The notes beneath the pieces were generated by a model, which was not told the origin of the DNA, ran no database searches, and saw only the letters and a program-made list of their open reading frames with translations. Below, piece after piece: positions 1-9,667 of a stretch of DNA of 56,814 nt. The stretch lies in the NCBI GenBank assembly GCA_016871255.1, contig VFZH01000006.1, forward strand, positions 1-56,814. The letters are read 5' to 3'. Origin of the DNA: Acidimicrobiia bacterium (lineage in GTDB: Bacteria; Acidobacteriota; Vicinamibacteria; Vicinamibacterales; UBA2999). Within the stretch, counting starts at the first letter, position 1; every line of letters starts with the position of its first letter. The translations under genes were made by a program, and so were the position numbers.

Positions 1-578
1 GCCGCCGGCGCAGGGGGCGCCTCGGGCGGCGCGCCGGTGCCGTACGGAATGGCCGCAATCACATCTTCGTGCTGCGGCGTGCCGGACACGGACGCGGGCA
101 CGACGTCCAGCGTCCACGACACGTCGGCGGTGACCGGCGCGTAACAGAGCCGGTCGTCACACGCCTGGTAGCGCAACCGGCCGGGCACGTCGAGCGGACC
201 TTCGCCCACGCCGCCCAGGCGGAACAGCACGCCGATCGCGAACGTCTGCTCGAACACGGCGAGCGGCTCGGCCTGCCCTTCCTGGATCAAGTCGGACGCG
301 GGTGGGTAGACGACCTCGACGACCTCGACGCCGGGCGGCGGCTCGAAGCGGAGGACGGTTGGGATCAGCGTGGGGTCGCGCGGCGTGTCGGACTGGGTGT
401 GGAAGCCGTCGGGCAGGCTGACCCGGAGGGCGGCGCGGACGTCGGTACCGGCGTGAACGCCGTCGCGCTCGACGAGCGCGTGGATCTCGGCCTGGATGCC
501 GCGGACCTGGGCGCCCGCAGGTGTGGCCGCCGCGAGCAACCACGCAGCCATCACCAGACGCCCCCTGCGTGTGTGCAC
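1..578 (-). CDS. dsbD: Thiol:disulfide interchange protein, DsbD N-terminal domain (runs off the window start)
   Basis: Manual translation (not in the ORF track): signal peptide, then ...LPDGFHTQSDTP...LRYQACDDRLCYAP, which has the QAC-x4-C motif of the DsbD N-domain. GTG start 5 nt after the nuoG stop. Confidence 0.7.
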   Translation of the reverse strand, partial: MHTRRGRLVMAAWLLAAATPAGAQVRGIQAEIHALVERDGVHAGTDVRAALRVSLPDGFHTQSDTPRDPTLIPTVLRFEPPPGVEVVEVVYPPASDLIQEGQAEPLAVFEQTFAIGVLFRLGGVGEGPLDVPGRLRYQACDDRLCYAPVTADVSWTLDVVPASVSGTPQHEDVIAAIPYGTGAPPEAPPAPA

Positions 579-583
579 CTGCG

Positions 584-2383
584 CTACCCCACGGGTCTCA
601 ACGGGAGGACGCGGCCGTCCACGTACCCCTGCTCGGTCTGCACGGAATGCCCCTTCACCGGGGGCAGATCCTGGAACATGAAGTCCCACTTCCAGCGCTC
701 CGACGGGTTGGACGTCCTGAGCCAGTGGCTGGCCTTGACCGGGCGCGCGAACGTCACCTGGTCCACGTCGGCGTACGGCCCGCCGGGCAGTGCCTCGGCA
801 ATCGCCTTTCGCACATCGCCGGCCTGCGCGTAGCCGAGCGTCACGCCAAGCGCGTGCGCCACATCCACGAGAATCGACCAGTCGTCGCGCGCATCGCCCG
901 GCGGCGCAAGCGCGCGCGAGGCGCCCTGCACGCGCCCCTGGTCGTTCGTGAACAGCCCGTCCTTCTCCAGCCACGCGGACCCTGGCAAGACCACGTCGGC
1001 AGCGTCGGTGAGCGGGCTCGACTCGACGGCCTGCACGATCAACACGGCCGGCCGGCCTGCCGTGCGCGCTGCGGCCAGCCAGCTCAGGTCCCCGATCGAA
1101 CCTGCAGGACCGGGATCGACCACGTAGACCGCCTTCACCGACCCGGCGTTCACCGCCTGCTGCAGCGCCGACAGGTCGGGAACGCCGTCGTTGCCGGCGC
1201 CCACGGCGTAGCCCAGGTCGCGCGCGCCGTTCACGTTCGGCGCATCGGTGACCGGGATGGTGAACTTCACGGCCGCCGGCTGATCCTTCTCGCTCCGCTG
1301 CCAGTGCACGGTCGCCGCCGCGGCCTCGCCGAGCGCCTCCATGAGCCCCTTCAGGACGAACATCTCCTCGGTCGCCGCGTGCGCGGACACGACGAACCGC
1401 AGCGCACCGGAACCGCCTTCCCGCGCGGCACCCAGCAGCATCCCGACGGTGCGCAGCGCATCGTGCCAGCCAGCCGCAGCCTGCGCGCCATCGGCGCCGC
1501 GCACGATCGGCCGCACGAGCCGCCGCTCGCCTTCCACCCAGTGGTAGCCGAAGCGGCCGATGTCGCACATCCAGTAGCCGTTGATCTCGGGCGCCAGACG
1601 CGGCGTGATGCGCACCAGCTTCGAGCCGCGCGCCCACTCGGGCTTCCCCTTCAGCCACACGCTGGTGTGGCACCCCTTCGAGCACATCGTGCACACGGTG
1701 TCGGCCACCGCCGGGTTGTCCCACGGCCGGCTCTTGAACCGGTAGTCGCGCGTGGTGATGGCGCCCACGGGGCAGACGTCCATCAGGTTGCCGGACAGCA
1801 GCGAGTGCACGCCTTCCTCGTCGAACGTCGCGATCTCGCTCCCGTTGCCGCGATCCGCCACGCTGATCTGCGCATCGCCGTCGATCTCGCGCATGAACCG
1901 GATGCACCGCGTACACAGGATGCAGCGGTTGCGGTTCAGCATCAGCGTGGGCCCGAAGTCCACGTCGGCCATCACCCCTTCGCCGTCGAACACGCGGCGC
2001 GGGAAGTCCATGCGGCTCTCGTCCGGCCCGAAGCTGTACGAGAAGTCCTGGAGCGGACACTCGCCCCCCTTGTCGCAGACGGGGCAGTCGAGCGGGTGGT
2101 TGATCAGCAGGAACTCGAAGACGGCCGCACGCGCGTCCGCCACCTCGGGATCGGTCGTCGACACGACCATGCCCTCGCTGCAGACGGTGGAACAGGACGT
2201 CTGCAGCTTGGGCATCTTCTCGATCTTGACGATGCAGACGCGGCAGGAGCCGTCGATGTCCAGGCCGGGGTGATAGCAGTAGTAGGGCACGCGGACGCCG
2301 GCCTCGATGGCGGCCTGCAGGACGGTCCGGCCCTTCTCGACCGTCACGGGGACGCCATCGATGGTCAGCGAGACAGCTTCCAT
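584..2383 (-). CDS. nuoG: NADH-quinone oxidoreductase subunit G-like Fe-S protein
   Basis: Motifs YCYHPGL, GSCRVC, HPLDCPVCDKGGECPLQD, RCILCTRC, VCPVGA and CTMCSKGC..CDIGR. Start trimmed to MEAVSL; TATGAT lies 9 nt upstream. Confidence 0.85.
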   Translation of the reverse strand: MEAVSLTIDGVPVTVEKGRTVLQAAIEAGVRVPYYCYHPGLDIDGSCRVCIVKIEKMPKLQTSCSTVCSEGMVVSTTDPEVADARAAVFEFLLINHPLDCPVCDKGGECPLQDFSYSFGPDESRMDFPRRVFDGEGVMADVDFGPTLMLNRNRCILCTRCIRFMREIDGDAQISVADRGNGSEIATFDEEGVHSLLSGNLMDVCPVGAITTRDYRFKSRPWDNPAVADTVCTMCSKGCHTSVWLKGKPEWARGSKLVRITPRLAPEINGYWMCDIGRFGYHWVEGERRLVRPIVRGADGAQAAAGWHDALRTVGMLLGAAREGGSGALRFVVSAHAATEEMFVLKGLMEALGEAAAATVHWQRSEKDQPAAVKFTIPVTDAPNVNGARDLGYAVGAGNDGVPDLSALQQAVNAGSVKAVYVVDPGPAGSIGDLSWLAAARTAGRPAVLIVQAVESSPLTDAADVVLPGSAWLEKDGLFTNDQGRVQGASRALAPPGDARDDWSILVDVAHALGVTLGYAQAGDVRKAIAEALPGGPYADVDQVTFARPVKASHWLRTSNPSERWKWDFMFQDLPPVKGHSVQTEQGYVDGRVLPLRPVG

Positions 2384-2448
2384 ACCGATCGGATCATATC
2401 GCAGCGTTTCGGGGGGCCGGCCGGCAGTCGCAGCGGCCAACTTCAGTA

Positions 2449-2607
2449 GGGCCCTGGCCGGAATACGGTTGCCGACTCCCGGGCGGCGAGGCGCCCGGAT
2501 CGCCAGGCGCGAGGAGGGAGCAGGCCGGGTGCCTGTGACCGACGAGCAACGCCGCGAGGCGGGATGCATCGTCGGCAGAGATGGCAACCGTATTCCGGCC
2601 AGGGCCC
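2449..2607. mobile_element. MITE-like non-autonomous element, copy 1
   Basis: Perfect 25-bp terminal inverted repeats GGGCCCTGGCCGGAATACGGTTGCC. A near-identical copy lies at 19331-19845. No coding capacity. Confidence 0.8.
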
Positions 2608-2620
2608 TTAGCCGTCCGTC

Positions 2621-2644
2621 GGGGTCGGCTGCAGCTGGCCCCAC
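2621..2644 (-). repeat. REP-like palindrome
   Basis: GTGGGGCCAGC-TGCA-GCCGACCCC on the minus strand, same family as GCAGGGGCCGGC-TTCA-GCCGGCCC. Confidence 0.6.
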
Positions 2645-2671
2645 ATGCCGGAACCGTGACCCACCGAACAC

Positions 2672-2695
2672 GCAGGGGCCGGCTTCAGCCGGTCC
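2672..2695 (+). repeat. REP-like palindrome
   Basis: GCAGGGGCCGGC-TTCA-GCCGGTCC. Confidence 0.7.
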
Positions 2696-2724
2696 GCGTC
2701 CGCGCCTGGCGCTGCGGCCGGGGT

Positions 2725-5412
2725 CTACTCGAAAAGGGCGAGGGCGGCGTGGTCCCGGTTCACGCGGACCTGGCGAACGGGGCCGTCGGCGGGAATGCGC
2801 CGCTCCACCTCTGCCTCGGTCAGCGGCACGACCACGTCCACGGACCGGCCGTCGGCGTATTCGATGGTGATGGTGACCGGCAGGTCGTAGATCAGCTCGC
2901 CGAGCTGCTGCAGCCGCACCTCCACCGCCCCGTCCACGACCTGGGTTCTCGCGCGCACGCGCGGCAGGCGCGACTCGCGGATCCAGCGATCGAAGAACCG
3001 CTGCAGGTCGCGCCCGGACGCCGTCTCGAACGCCACCCGCACGTCCGCCGTGCCCGCCTTCTGGAACCGGTTGCCGTAGTAGAGCATCCGCAGCCCCTCG
3101 AAGAACTCGTCGTCTCCCACGAGCCGCCGCAGCATGTGCATCACGGCCGCGGCCTTGTTGTAGAGGATGGCACGCGACGCGCGGCGGTCGCCCTCGATCT
3201 GCCCGATCCGGTACCCGAGGTACACGGGGCCCTGGTCGGCGGCGTCGATGGCCCAGCGCCGGAACTGCCGCAACATCTGCTCGAACACCTCCGGGCCGTG
3301 CCGCTCGCGCGCGTACATCGCCGCGAAGTACTGGGCGATTCCCTCGCTGATCCACTGCTCGTGGTAGTTCTCCCAGCCGACAGCCTGCCCCCACCACTGG
3401 TGCGCGATCTCGTGCGCGATGAAGAACTCGGGAAAGCCCTCGAAGACGACGGGATCGGCGCGCCAGATCGCCGAGCCGGGCGGCGGCACGTGGACCATGG
3501 CGAAGTACCCGGGACTGTGCCCGCCCGGCAGTGCGTGCTCCACCATCGCCAGCGACACGTCCGGGTACGGCACTTCACCCATGAACGAGGCGTAGAAACG
3601 CAGCAGGTCGGCGGCCGCGCCGGTCGCCTCCCGGATCCGGCCGTCGGAGATGGCGTTCACGGCCACGGTGCGGAGCGTGACGACGTCGCGCGGCCTGACG
3701 ACGGCCGGGGACCCGGCGGCCTCCTCCAGGCCTTCCTCGGGATCCGGCTGCTCCGCGGCAGGCTCGCCGCCCAGCGGCACGCGCGTTTCGACGGCGTCCT
3801 TGAAGCGAGACAGCAGCACGGCCAGGTACCGCACGGGATCGGTGGCGCGGAACGCGTAGCGCCGGCTGCGCCCCTGATCCACCAGCCCGGCCCGTCCGGG
3901 ATCCGGCTCGCCGCTGGCGACGCAGGTGAAACGCGACGGCGTCGTGATCCGGATGCCGGCCGTCGCGTGGCCGGACGCAGACGGCTGCGGATACCAGTAG
4001 CCGCGGCCGCTCAGCAGGAAGTACCGCTCGGTCGGCACGTCCATCGCGACCTGCGCAAGGTGCTTCGGCTCGAGCGGTTCCTGGTCCACGCTCTGCGACT
4101 GCATCCGCCCCTCGTATTCGACCACCAGCGACATCTCGGAGCCGCGGCGGAGCGCCATCGGCAGGTTGAGGATGATCGTGTCGCGCGTCCGGACCCGCAC
4201 GTGGAGCAGCCGCCCGAGTTCGGGGCTCGTGACCGACGTGACGCGCAGCCCCTCGGCCAGCCGCAGGCTGAGCGTGGACACGTACTCCGCCTTCGCGTGG
4301 ACGTGCAGCTCGGCGCGTGCCGTCACCTCCTGGCGCTGCGGATCGATGGTCGCGTCGATCTCGTAGTGCGTCACCTCGAAGTCGGCCAGCTCGTCTTCGT
4401 CGTACGAGGGCCCGCGCCTGCGCAACGTCTCTTCTGACGCGTAGCGCGCGATGTCTCTGCCGCGCGAGCGCTCGAACAGCGTCACGTCTTCCGGCTCGCC
4501 CGCCGACCGCGAGTACGTGAGGTGCCCGCGGCCGCGCGTCCGCACTTCCGCCAGGAAGTCGCCGTCGGGCGGCAGGATGAACCAGGCGTCGCTGCTCAGA
4601 TCGCCGAGATCGAGGCTGAACGACCGGCCGACGTCCTCGTCGAAGATCTCGCGCGCGCGCCGGAGCTGCCGGGCGTCGGCCGGAGCCGGCGTCAGCTTCC
4701 CGGTGATGCCGCGCGCCTCGAACATCCGCGGGTGCATGCGCACGAACGCGGCGTCGAAGCCGACCGACAGCGCCTCGTCGCCCGCGAGCAGCCGCACCTG
4801 GTCCCGCTCGGTCTGCGGACCGGGGGTGAACCGCATCTCCCCGCGCCCGAGCACGATCATCCCGGCCGGTCCCTGGGCGCTCGTCACGAGGTACGCGACC
4901 GACTCGCCCAGGTCGAGCGCGAGATCCGGGGCGGTGAGCGTCAGCCCGCTCGCCGTGTACGGCGTGTCGCTCAGCACCAGCCGGTGCAGCCCCTCGACGA
5001 CGGTCAGCGTGCGGGCGCTGACGATGCTCCAGGCGTCGACGGCGGTGTTGCCGCTCGCACGGCGAACGTCGAGCGTCGAGGTGAAGATGCGGGCGGTGTG
5101 TGGCGTGGCGGTGAACACGTCGATGACGAGGCTGTAGCCGTCGCCCGGGAGCGAGCCGTAGTGATGCTCGCGCGTCCGCTCCCGGACGCTGGTCGGCCCG
5201 GCCTCGCCACCGAACAGCCGCCCTTCGTACTCCGACCGGAGCGCGGGCGCGGCGTACGGCGACACCAGGTCCGCGAACTCCGCCCGGTCCCCCTCGGCCA
5301 CGACCTGTCCGATCTGCCGCAGCAGGCGGGCGACCCCTTCGTCGGACTGCCCCCGGACGGGGGCCTCGAACAGCAACACGACGGCCGCCGCGAGGCAGAA
5401 GGCGCGGGGCAT
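2725..5412 (-). CDS. Secreted M1-family (gluzincin) aminopeptidase
   Basis: HEIAH-x18-E zinc motif (AHEIAHQWWG...WISEG) and ILYNK tyrosine motif. Signal peptide MPRAFCL. Start overlaps the upstream stop (TGATG). Confidence 0.8.
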   Translation of the reverse strand: MPRAFCLAAAVVLLFEAPVRGQSDEGVARLLRQIGQVVAEGDRAEFADLVSPYAAPALRSEYEGRLFGGEAGPTSVRERTREHHYGSLPGDGYSLVIDVFTATPHTARIFTSTLDVRRASGNTAVDAWSIVSARTLTVVEGLHRLVLSDTPYTASGLTLTAPDLALDLGESVAYLVTSAQGPAGMIVLGRGEMRFTPGPQTERDQVRLLAGDEALSVGFDAAFVRMHPRMFEARGITGKLTPAPADARQLRRAREIFDEDVGRSFSLDLGDLSSDAWFILPPDGDFLAEVRTRGRGHLTYSRSAGEPEDVTLFERSRGRDIARYASEETLRRRGPSYDEDELADFEVTHYEIDATIDPQRQEVTARAELHVHAKAEYVSTLSLRLAEGLRVTSVTSPELGRLLHVRVRTRDTIILNLPMALRRGSEMSLVVEYEGRMQSQSVDQEPLEPKHLAQVAMDVPTERYFLLSGRGYWYPQPSASGHATAGIRITTPSRFTCVASGEPDPGRAGLVDQGRSRRYAFRATDPVRYLAVLLSRFKDAVETRVPLGGEPAAEQPDPEEGLEEAAGSPAVVRPRDVVTLRTVAVNAISDGRIREATGAAADLLRFYASFMGEVPYPDVSLAMVEHALPGGHSPGYFAMVHVPPPGSAIWRADPVVFEGFPEFFIAHEIAHQWWGQAVGWENYHEQWISEGIAQYFAAMYARERHGPEVFEQMLRQFRRWAIDAADQGPVYLGYRIGQIEGDRRASRAILYNKAAAVMHMLRRLVGDDEFFEGLRMLYYGNRFQKAGTADVRVAFETASGRDLQRFFDRWIRESRLPRVRARTQVVDGAVEVRLQQLGELIYDLPVTITIEYADGRSVDVVVPLTEAEVERRIPADGPVRQVRVNRDHAALALFE

Positions 5413-6593
5413 CAGATGATTCCCAGCCCGGTGCCGACGGCCTTGAAGACGTCGAGCGCGAACTGCAGGTCCTCGCGCGTGTGCTCGGCCGTGACGATGG
5501 TCCTGACGCGGGCGCGACCGCGGGGCACGGTGGGAAAGCCGATGCCCTGGGCGAAGACGCCCCGCGCGAACAGCCGGTCGGAGAGCGTCATCGCCAGTGC
5601 GCCGTCGCCCACGATCACCGGCGTGATCGGGCTCTCGCTCGCGCCCGTGTCGAAGCCGAGCGCCTGGAGCCCCGCCTTGAAGAACCGCGCGTTCGCCCAC
5701 AGCCGGTCGATGATCTGCGGCTCCTCTTCGAGCACGTCGATCGCGGCGATGCAGGCCGCCGTCACCGCGGGCGGGTGCGATGTCGAGAAGAGGAACGGCC
5801 GCGCCCGGTGGCAGAGGAACTCGATCAGCGCGCGGCTGCCGGCCGCGTAGCCGCCCAGCGCGCCCACCGCCTTCGACAGCGTGCCCACCTGCACGTCCAC
5901 GCGGCCGTGCAGGCCGAAGTGGTCTACCGTGCCGCGGCCGTTCGCCCCGAACACGCCGCTCGCGTGGGCATCGTCCACCATCATGATGGCGCCGAACTCC
6001 TCGGCCAGACTCGCGAGCTCCGGCAGCGCGCCGAGGTCGCCGTCCATGCTGAACACGCCGTCGGTGATGACGAGCGCGCGCCGCGAGCGGTCCAGCCCCT
6101 CGAGCAGTCTGCGCGCGGCGGACGCGTCCTTGTGCGGGAACACGGAGATGTCCGCCCGGCTCAGCCGCGCGCCGTCGATGATGCTGGCGTGGTTGAGCTC
6201 GTCGGAGACGATGGCGTCGCCCTTCGACAGCAGCGCCGCGACCGTGCCGGCGTTCGCGGCGAACCCGCTCTGGAACACGACCGCCGCCTCGGTCTTCTTG
6301 AACGCGGCCAGCCGTGCTTCCAGCTCCATGTGAAGCGCCATCGTGCCGCCAATCGTCCGCACGGACCCCGAGCCAACGCCCAGCTCGCGCACGGCCCGCT
6401 CGGCGCGCGCCCTGAGCGCGGGGTGCGTGGTCAGCCCCAGGTAGTTGTTGGACGAGAGATTGACGACCGAACGGTGGTCGAAGGAGGCGCGGGCCCGCTG
6501 TTCGCCATCCAGCACGCGCAGCGTGCGGAAAAGACCCGCCGCCTTCAGCGAGTCCAGCTCGGCGGCGAGGTGCGCCAGCGGATCCGGACGCAT
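5412..6593 (-). CDS. kbl: Glycine C-acetyltransferase / 8-amino-7-oxononanoate synthase family
   Basis: SNNYLGL, DELNHASIIDG, DGVFSMDG, DDAH and GTLSKA (PLP lysine). Confidence 0.85.
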   Translation of the reverse strand: MRPDPLAHLAAELDSLKAAGLFRTLRVLDGEQRARASFDHRSVVNLSSNNYLGLTTHPALRARAERAVRELGVGSGSVRTIGGTMALHMELEARLAAFKKTEAAVVFQSGFAANAGTVAALLSKGDAIVSDELNHASIIDGARLSRADISVFPHKDASAARRLLEGLDRSRRALVITDGVFSMDGDLGALPELASLAEEFGAIMMVDDAHASGVFGANGRGTVDHFGLHGRVDVQVGTLSKAVGALGGYAAGSRALIEFLCHRARPFLFSTSHPPAVTAACIAAIDVLEEEPQIIDRLWANARFFKAGLQALGFDTGASESPITPVIVGDGALAMTLSDRLFARGVFAQGIGFPTVPRGRARVRTIVTAEHTREDLQFALDVFKAVGTGLGII

Positions 6594-6614
6594 GGATCGC
6601 AGTCTATACGCTCC

Positions 6615-6670
6615 CCGCCTTCGCCCGCCTTCGCGCGTTCCGCGCTTCGGCGAGGCTTCGGCTCACCTCG
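6615..6670. repeat. CCGCCTTCGC...GCTTCGGCG(A/G)GGCTTCG hairpin repeat, copy 1
   Basis: Related copy at 24510-24571. Confidence 0.6.
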
Positions 6671-8624
6671 ATCGCGGCAGGCGAAGCAGGACGTCCGGCC
6701 CCTCGCGGAACAGCTCGCCTGCGCCAAGGCTTCGGAGCCACGCCGTCACCCGCGGCCCGTTCCCATCGAGGTACCCCGCCTCGTGGACGATCGCGTGCGT
6801 GGCGCCGGTGTCCCCAAGCGCGGTCGCCGCATCGGCCTGCCGTCCCGGCAGCGCGCTGAGGATGCTGGCGTACCGGCCGTACCGCGGCGGGAAGAAGCCA
6901 CTGTAGCCGTTCACGAGAGGGCGCCAGTGCCGGGTCGAGTAGAACATCGCGCGCAGGTCATAGTCCGGCCATCCGAACGGAAACTCGATCAGCACGGCCT
7001 CCGCGGGGAGGCGCGAGACCTGTTCGTACACCGCAGGCGTCTGGTCTCCCCGGTAGAGGCGCCCCTCCGGCGTCGCGACACCTTCGAGCGGCGAGACGCC
7101 GTTCACCACGAACGGCAGCGACGCGGACTCGGCCAGAAACAGCACCGCGGCGACGGCCGGCACCGCGATCGACCGCCACCGGGTGGCGAGCGCGTGAAGG
7201 CCGAACCCGCCGAGCGCCGCCAGCGCCAGCGCGCCGATCATCCCGAAGCGGGCCGGCACCCGCAGGCCTTCGAAGCCGGGCACGTACTCGAAGAGCACCC
7301 GATAGGGCGCCGGCAGATCCAACGGCCGCCCCCCCGATGTCGGGGCCGGGCCGAGCGACAGCCACCACGCCGCCACGATCATCACCAGCAGCAGCAGCTC
7401 GGGCTGGCGCGCGGCGCGTGCGCAAGAGGCCCTCACGCGCGGCGACACGCCAGCCGCCGCGGCCGCGGCGAGCAGGCTCAGCACCAGCGGCCGGCCGATA
7501 TCCGCCGCCCGGAACGTGAAGAGCCCGAAATCGATCGTGATCCGGCGCTCGAACACCATCAGGACAACGAAGGCACCGGCCGCCATCGCCACGGCCACGA
7601 GCGCGCGCGCCGGGCGCGACAGATGTCCGCCGTCGGACGCGCGGCAGCGGGCGAGCCAAGCGGTGATGCCGGCCAGCGCCAGCAGCATCGGCATCGCCCC
7701 GGGAAACAGGTCGCCCTCGGCGCGGGGAAACGCGCGAACCACAGGGCCCCACACCCGGTTGTGCTCCGCAGCCGTCAAGTAGGCGTATGCGTCGGCCGAA
7801 TAGGACGCCACCTCCGCCAGATCGCGTCCTCCTCCGAGCACGTCGCGCAGCAGGAGGTAGGGGTAGAGGAACACCGCCATCACCAGCGCGGAGGCCAGAC
7901 CGGCGGCGCTCAACTCGACCCACGTGCGTGGTGTCCGCCACCGTCCGCGCACGGTGACGTCCCAGACGACGTACGCCGCGGCGAACGGCGCGAAGTAGAG
8001 CAGGTAGTAGCCGCACGACAACCCCTGGGCGACGAACGCCGCGGCCGCACCGGCCAGCGCCCACCGGCTCGCGGTGTCGAAGTACCGCCGCAGGGCGAAC
8101 AGCGTGAACGCCATCCACTGCGCCGACATCACCTGCAGGTGCGACGACTGCGCCATGCGGTACGGCGCGAACGCGAACAGCAGCCCCGCCACGAACGCCG
8201 CCCGGGGGCTGCACCCCAGCTCGCGAAGCAGGAGGAACGTACCGAGACCGCTCAGCACGAAGGTCGACAGGAACAGCAGGTTGTAGATGAGGATGGGGTT
8301 CGGCGCCACCGCGTAGATCGGGCAGGCCTGCAGCGCCTGGGCGATCAGGTGCTCCGAATAGGCGAGCGTCAGCGGCTCGGGGTGGAAGATGTTCGCGTCG
8401 AAGAACGTCGCCAGGACGCCGAGATGGCCGGAGAGCAGCAGGCCGAACTGCCGGCAGCCCCAGGCGAGGATCCACATGTTGAGGATCGAATCGCCCAGAT
8501 CCCAGGCCACGTCGGACGCGAGGCCGCGGCCGAGGGGCCAGGTCATGACGAACGTGATGGCGGCGTAGGCGAGCGCGGCCGTCCACGTCTGCCTGCGGCG
8601 GTCGCGGCGCGCGTCCGGACTCAC
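6663..8624 (-). CDS. Polytopic membrane protein, probable GT-C glycosyltransferase
   Basis: Many TM segments; FFDANIFHPE, FAFAPYR, LRVPARF and LVNGYSGF motifs. GTG start overlaps the upstream stop (GTGA). Confidence 0.6.
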   Translation of the reverse strand: MSPDARRDRRRQTWTAALAYAAITFVMTWPLGRGLASDVAWDLGDSILNMWILAWGCRQFGLLLSGHLGVLATFFDANIFHPEPLTLAYSEHLIAQALQACPIYAVAPNPILIYNLLFLSTFVLSGLGTFLLLRELGCSPRAAFVAGLLFAFAPYRMAQSSHLQVMSAQWMAFTLFALRRYFDTASRWALAGAAAAFVAQGLSCGYYLLYFAPFAAAYVVWDVTVRGRWRTPRTWVELSAAGLASALVMAVFLYPYLLLRDVLGGGRDLAEVASYSADAYAYLTAAEHNRVWGPVVRAFPRAEGDLFPGAMPMLLALAGITAWLARCRASDGGHLSRPARALVAVAMAAGAFVVLMVFERRITIDFGLFTFRAADIGRPLVLSLLAAAAAAGVSPRVRASCARAARQPELLLLVMIVAAWWLSLGPAPTSGGRPLDLPAPYRVLFEYVPGFEGLRVPARFGMIGALALAALGGFGLHALATRWRSIAVPAVAAVLFLAESASLPFVVNGVSPLEGVATPEGRLYRGDQTPAVYEQVSRLPAEAVLIEFPFGWPDYDLRAMFYSTRHWRPLVNGYSGFFPPRYGRYASILSALPGRQADAATALGDTGATHAIVHEAGYLDGNGPRVTAWLRSLGAGELFREGPDVLLRLPRSR

Positions 8625-9667
8625 GACTCCGTCGGGTCGAGCACCAGCTCTTCGAACAGCACCTGGACCACCGCCGCGGTGGGCACGGCGAGCACGGCGC
8701 CCAGCAGGCCCCAGAGAGAGCCGCCAAGCAGGAGCGCCACGATCACGACCGCCGGGCTGATGCCCACCTGCCGCGACATGATCCGCGGCACCAGCACGTG
8801 GTTCTCGAACTGCTGCTGCAGGAAGAAGAACACCGCCGTCGCGATCGCCAGCGTCGGCGACGCGCTCAGCGCCACGAGCACGGCGGGTACCGCGGCCAGG
8901 ATCGGCCCCACCACGGGGACCAGACCGCCGACGGCGGCGATGGCCGCCAGCACGTAGAAGTAGGGCACGCCGAGGAGGAACAGGCCGAGCGCCGCCGTCG
9001 CGCCGATGACCAGCGCCAGCATCAACTGCGCCACGAGCCAGGCGCTGACCTTCGCGGAGACGCGCAGGCACGCCTCCTCCACGCGCGGCCGCCGCTCGCG
9101 CGGGAACAGCCGGACGAACGTCCGCACCATCGCCTCGGCGTCGGCCAGCATGTAGAAGACCAGGATCAGGATCGTGACCGCGCCGAAGACGCCGCCGACC
9201 AGCCCGCGGACGGCCCCGGTCACGGTGGCCACCATGTCCGTGCCGGCGATCGGCGTCCGCTCGAACGCCTCGCGCAGGCTGATCTGCCGCGTGAGCAGCC
9301 CCGCTTCGACGAGCGTCTGCTGTCCCTGCTGCAGAAGCTGCGGCGCACGTCTGCCCAGCTCCTTCGCCTGGGACACGAGCGGCGGCGCCACCATGGCGCC
9401 GATGCCCGACAACGCGCCGACGAGCAGGGCATACACGACGAGAATGGCGCCCCACCGGGGCAACGCGAGGCGTGGCAGGCGGCGGACGCGCAGGCGCTCC
9501 AGCGTGCCGACGATCGGACCCAGGCCCACCGCCACGATCGCGCTGACGTAGATGAGCATCAGCGCTTCGCGGACGAGGTACACCGCCCACGCAATCGCCA
9601 CGGTCACGACAGCGGCGACCAGCGCGTAGCGGACGAGCGCGTGGGGATCGCCGTCGTGTCCGGTCAC
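8621..9667 (-). CDS. AI-2E family transporter
   Basis: VPVVGP, QQFENHVLVPRIM and GLLGAVLAVP motifs. GTGA overlap with the upstream gene. Confidence 0.85.
   Translation of the reverse strand: MTGHDGDPHALVRYALVAAVVTVAIAWAVYLVREALMLIYVSAIVAVGLGPIVGTLERLRVRRLPRLALPRWGAILVVYALLVGALSGIGAMVAPPLVSQAKELGRRAPQLLQQGQQTLVEAGLLTRQISLREAFERTPIAGTDMVATVTGAVRGLVGGVFGAVTILILVFYMLADAEAMVRTFVRLFPRERRPRVEEACLRVSAKVSAWLVAQLMLALVIGATAALGLFLLGVPYFYVLAAIAAVGGLVPVVGPILAAVPAVLVALSASPTLAIATAVFFFLQQQFENHVLVPRIMSRQVGISPAVVIVALLLGGSLWGLLGAVLAVPTAAVVQVLFEELVLDPTES

Noticed and set aside
5481-8957. Long antisense or alternate-frame ORFs (e.g. 5481-8957, 521-2449, 39261-41183, 53715-56186)
   Set aside because: Shadow ORFs typical of high-GC DNA. 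They overlap motif-bearing genes and have no recognisable domains.
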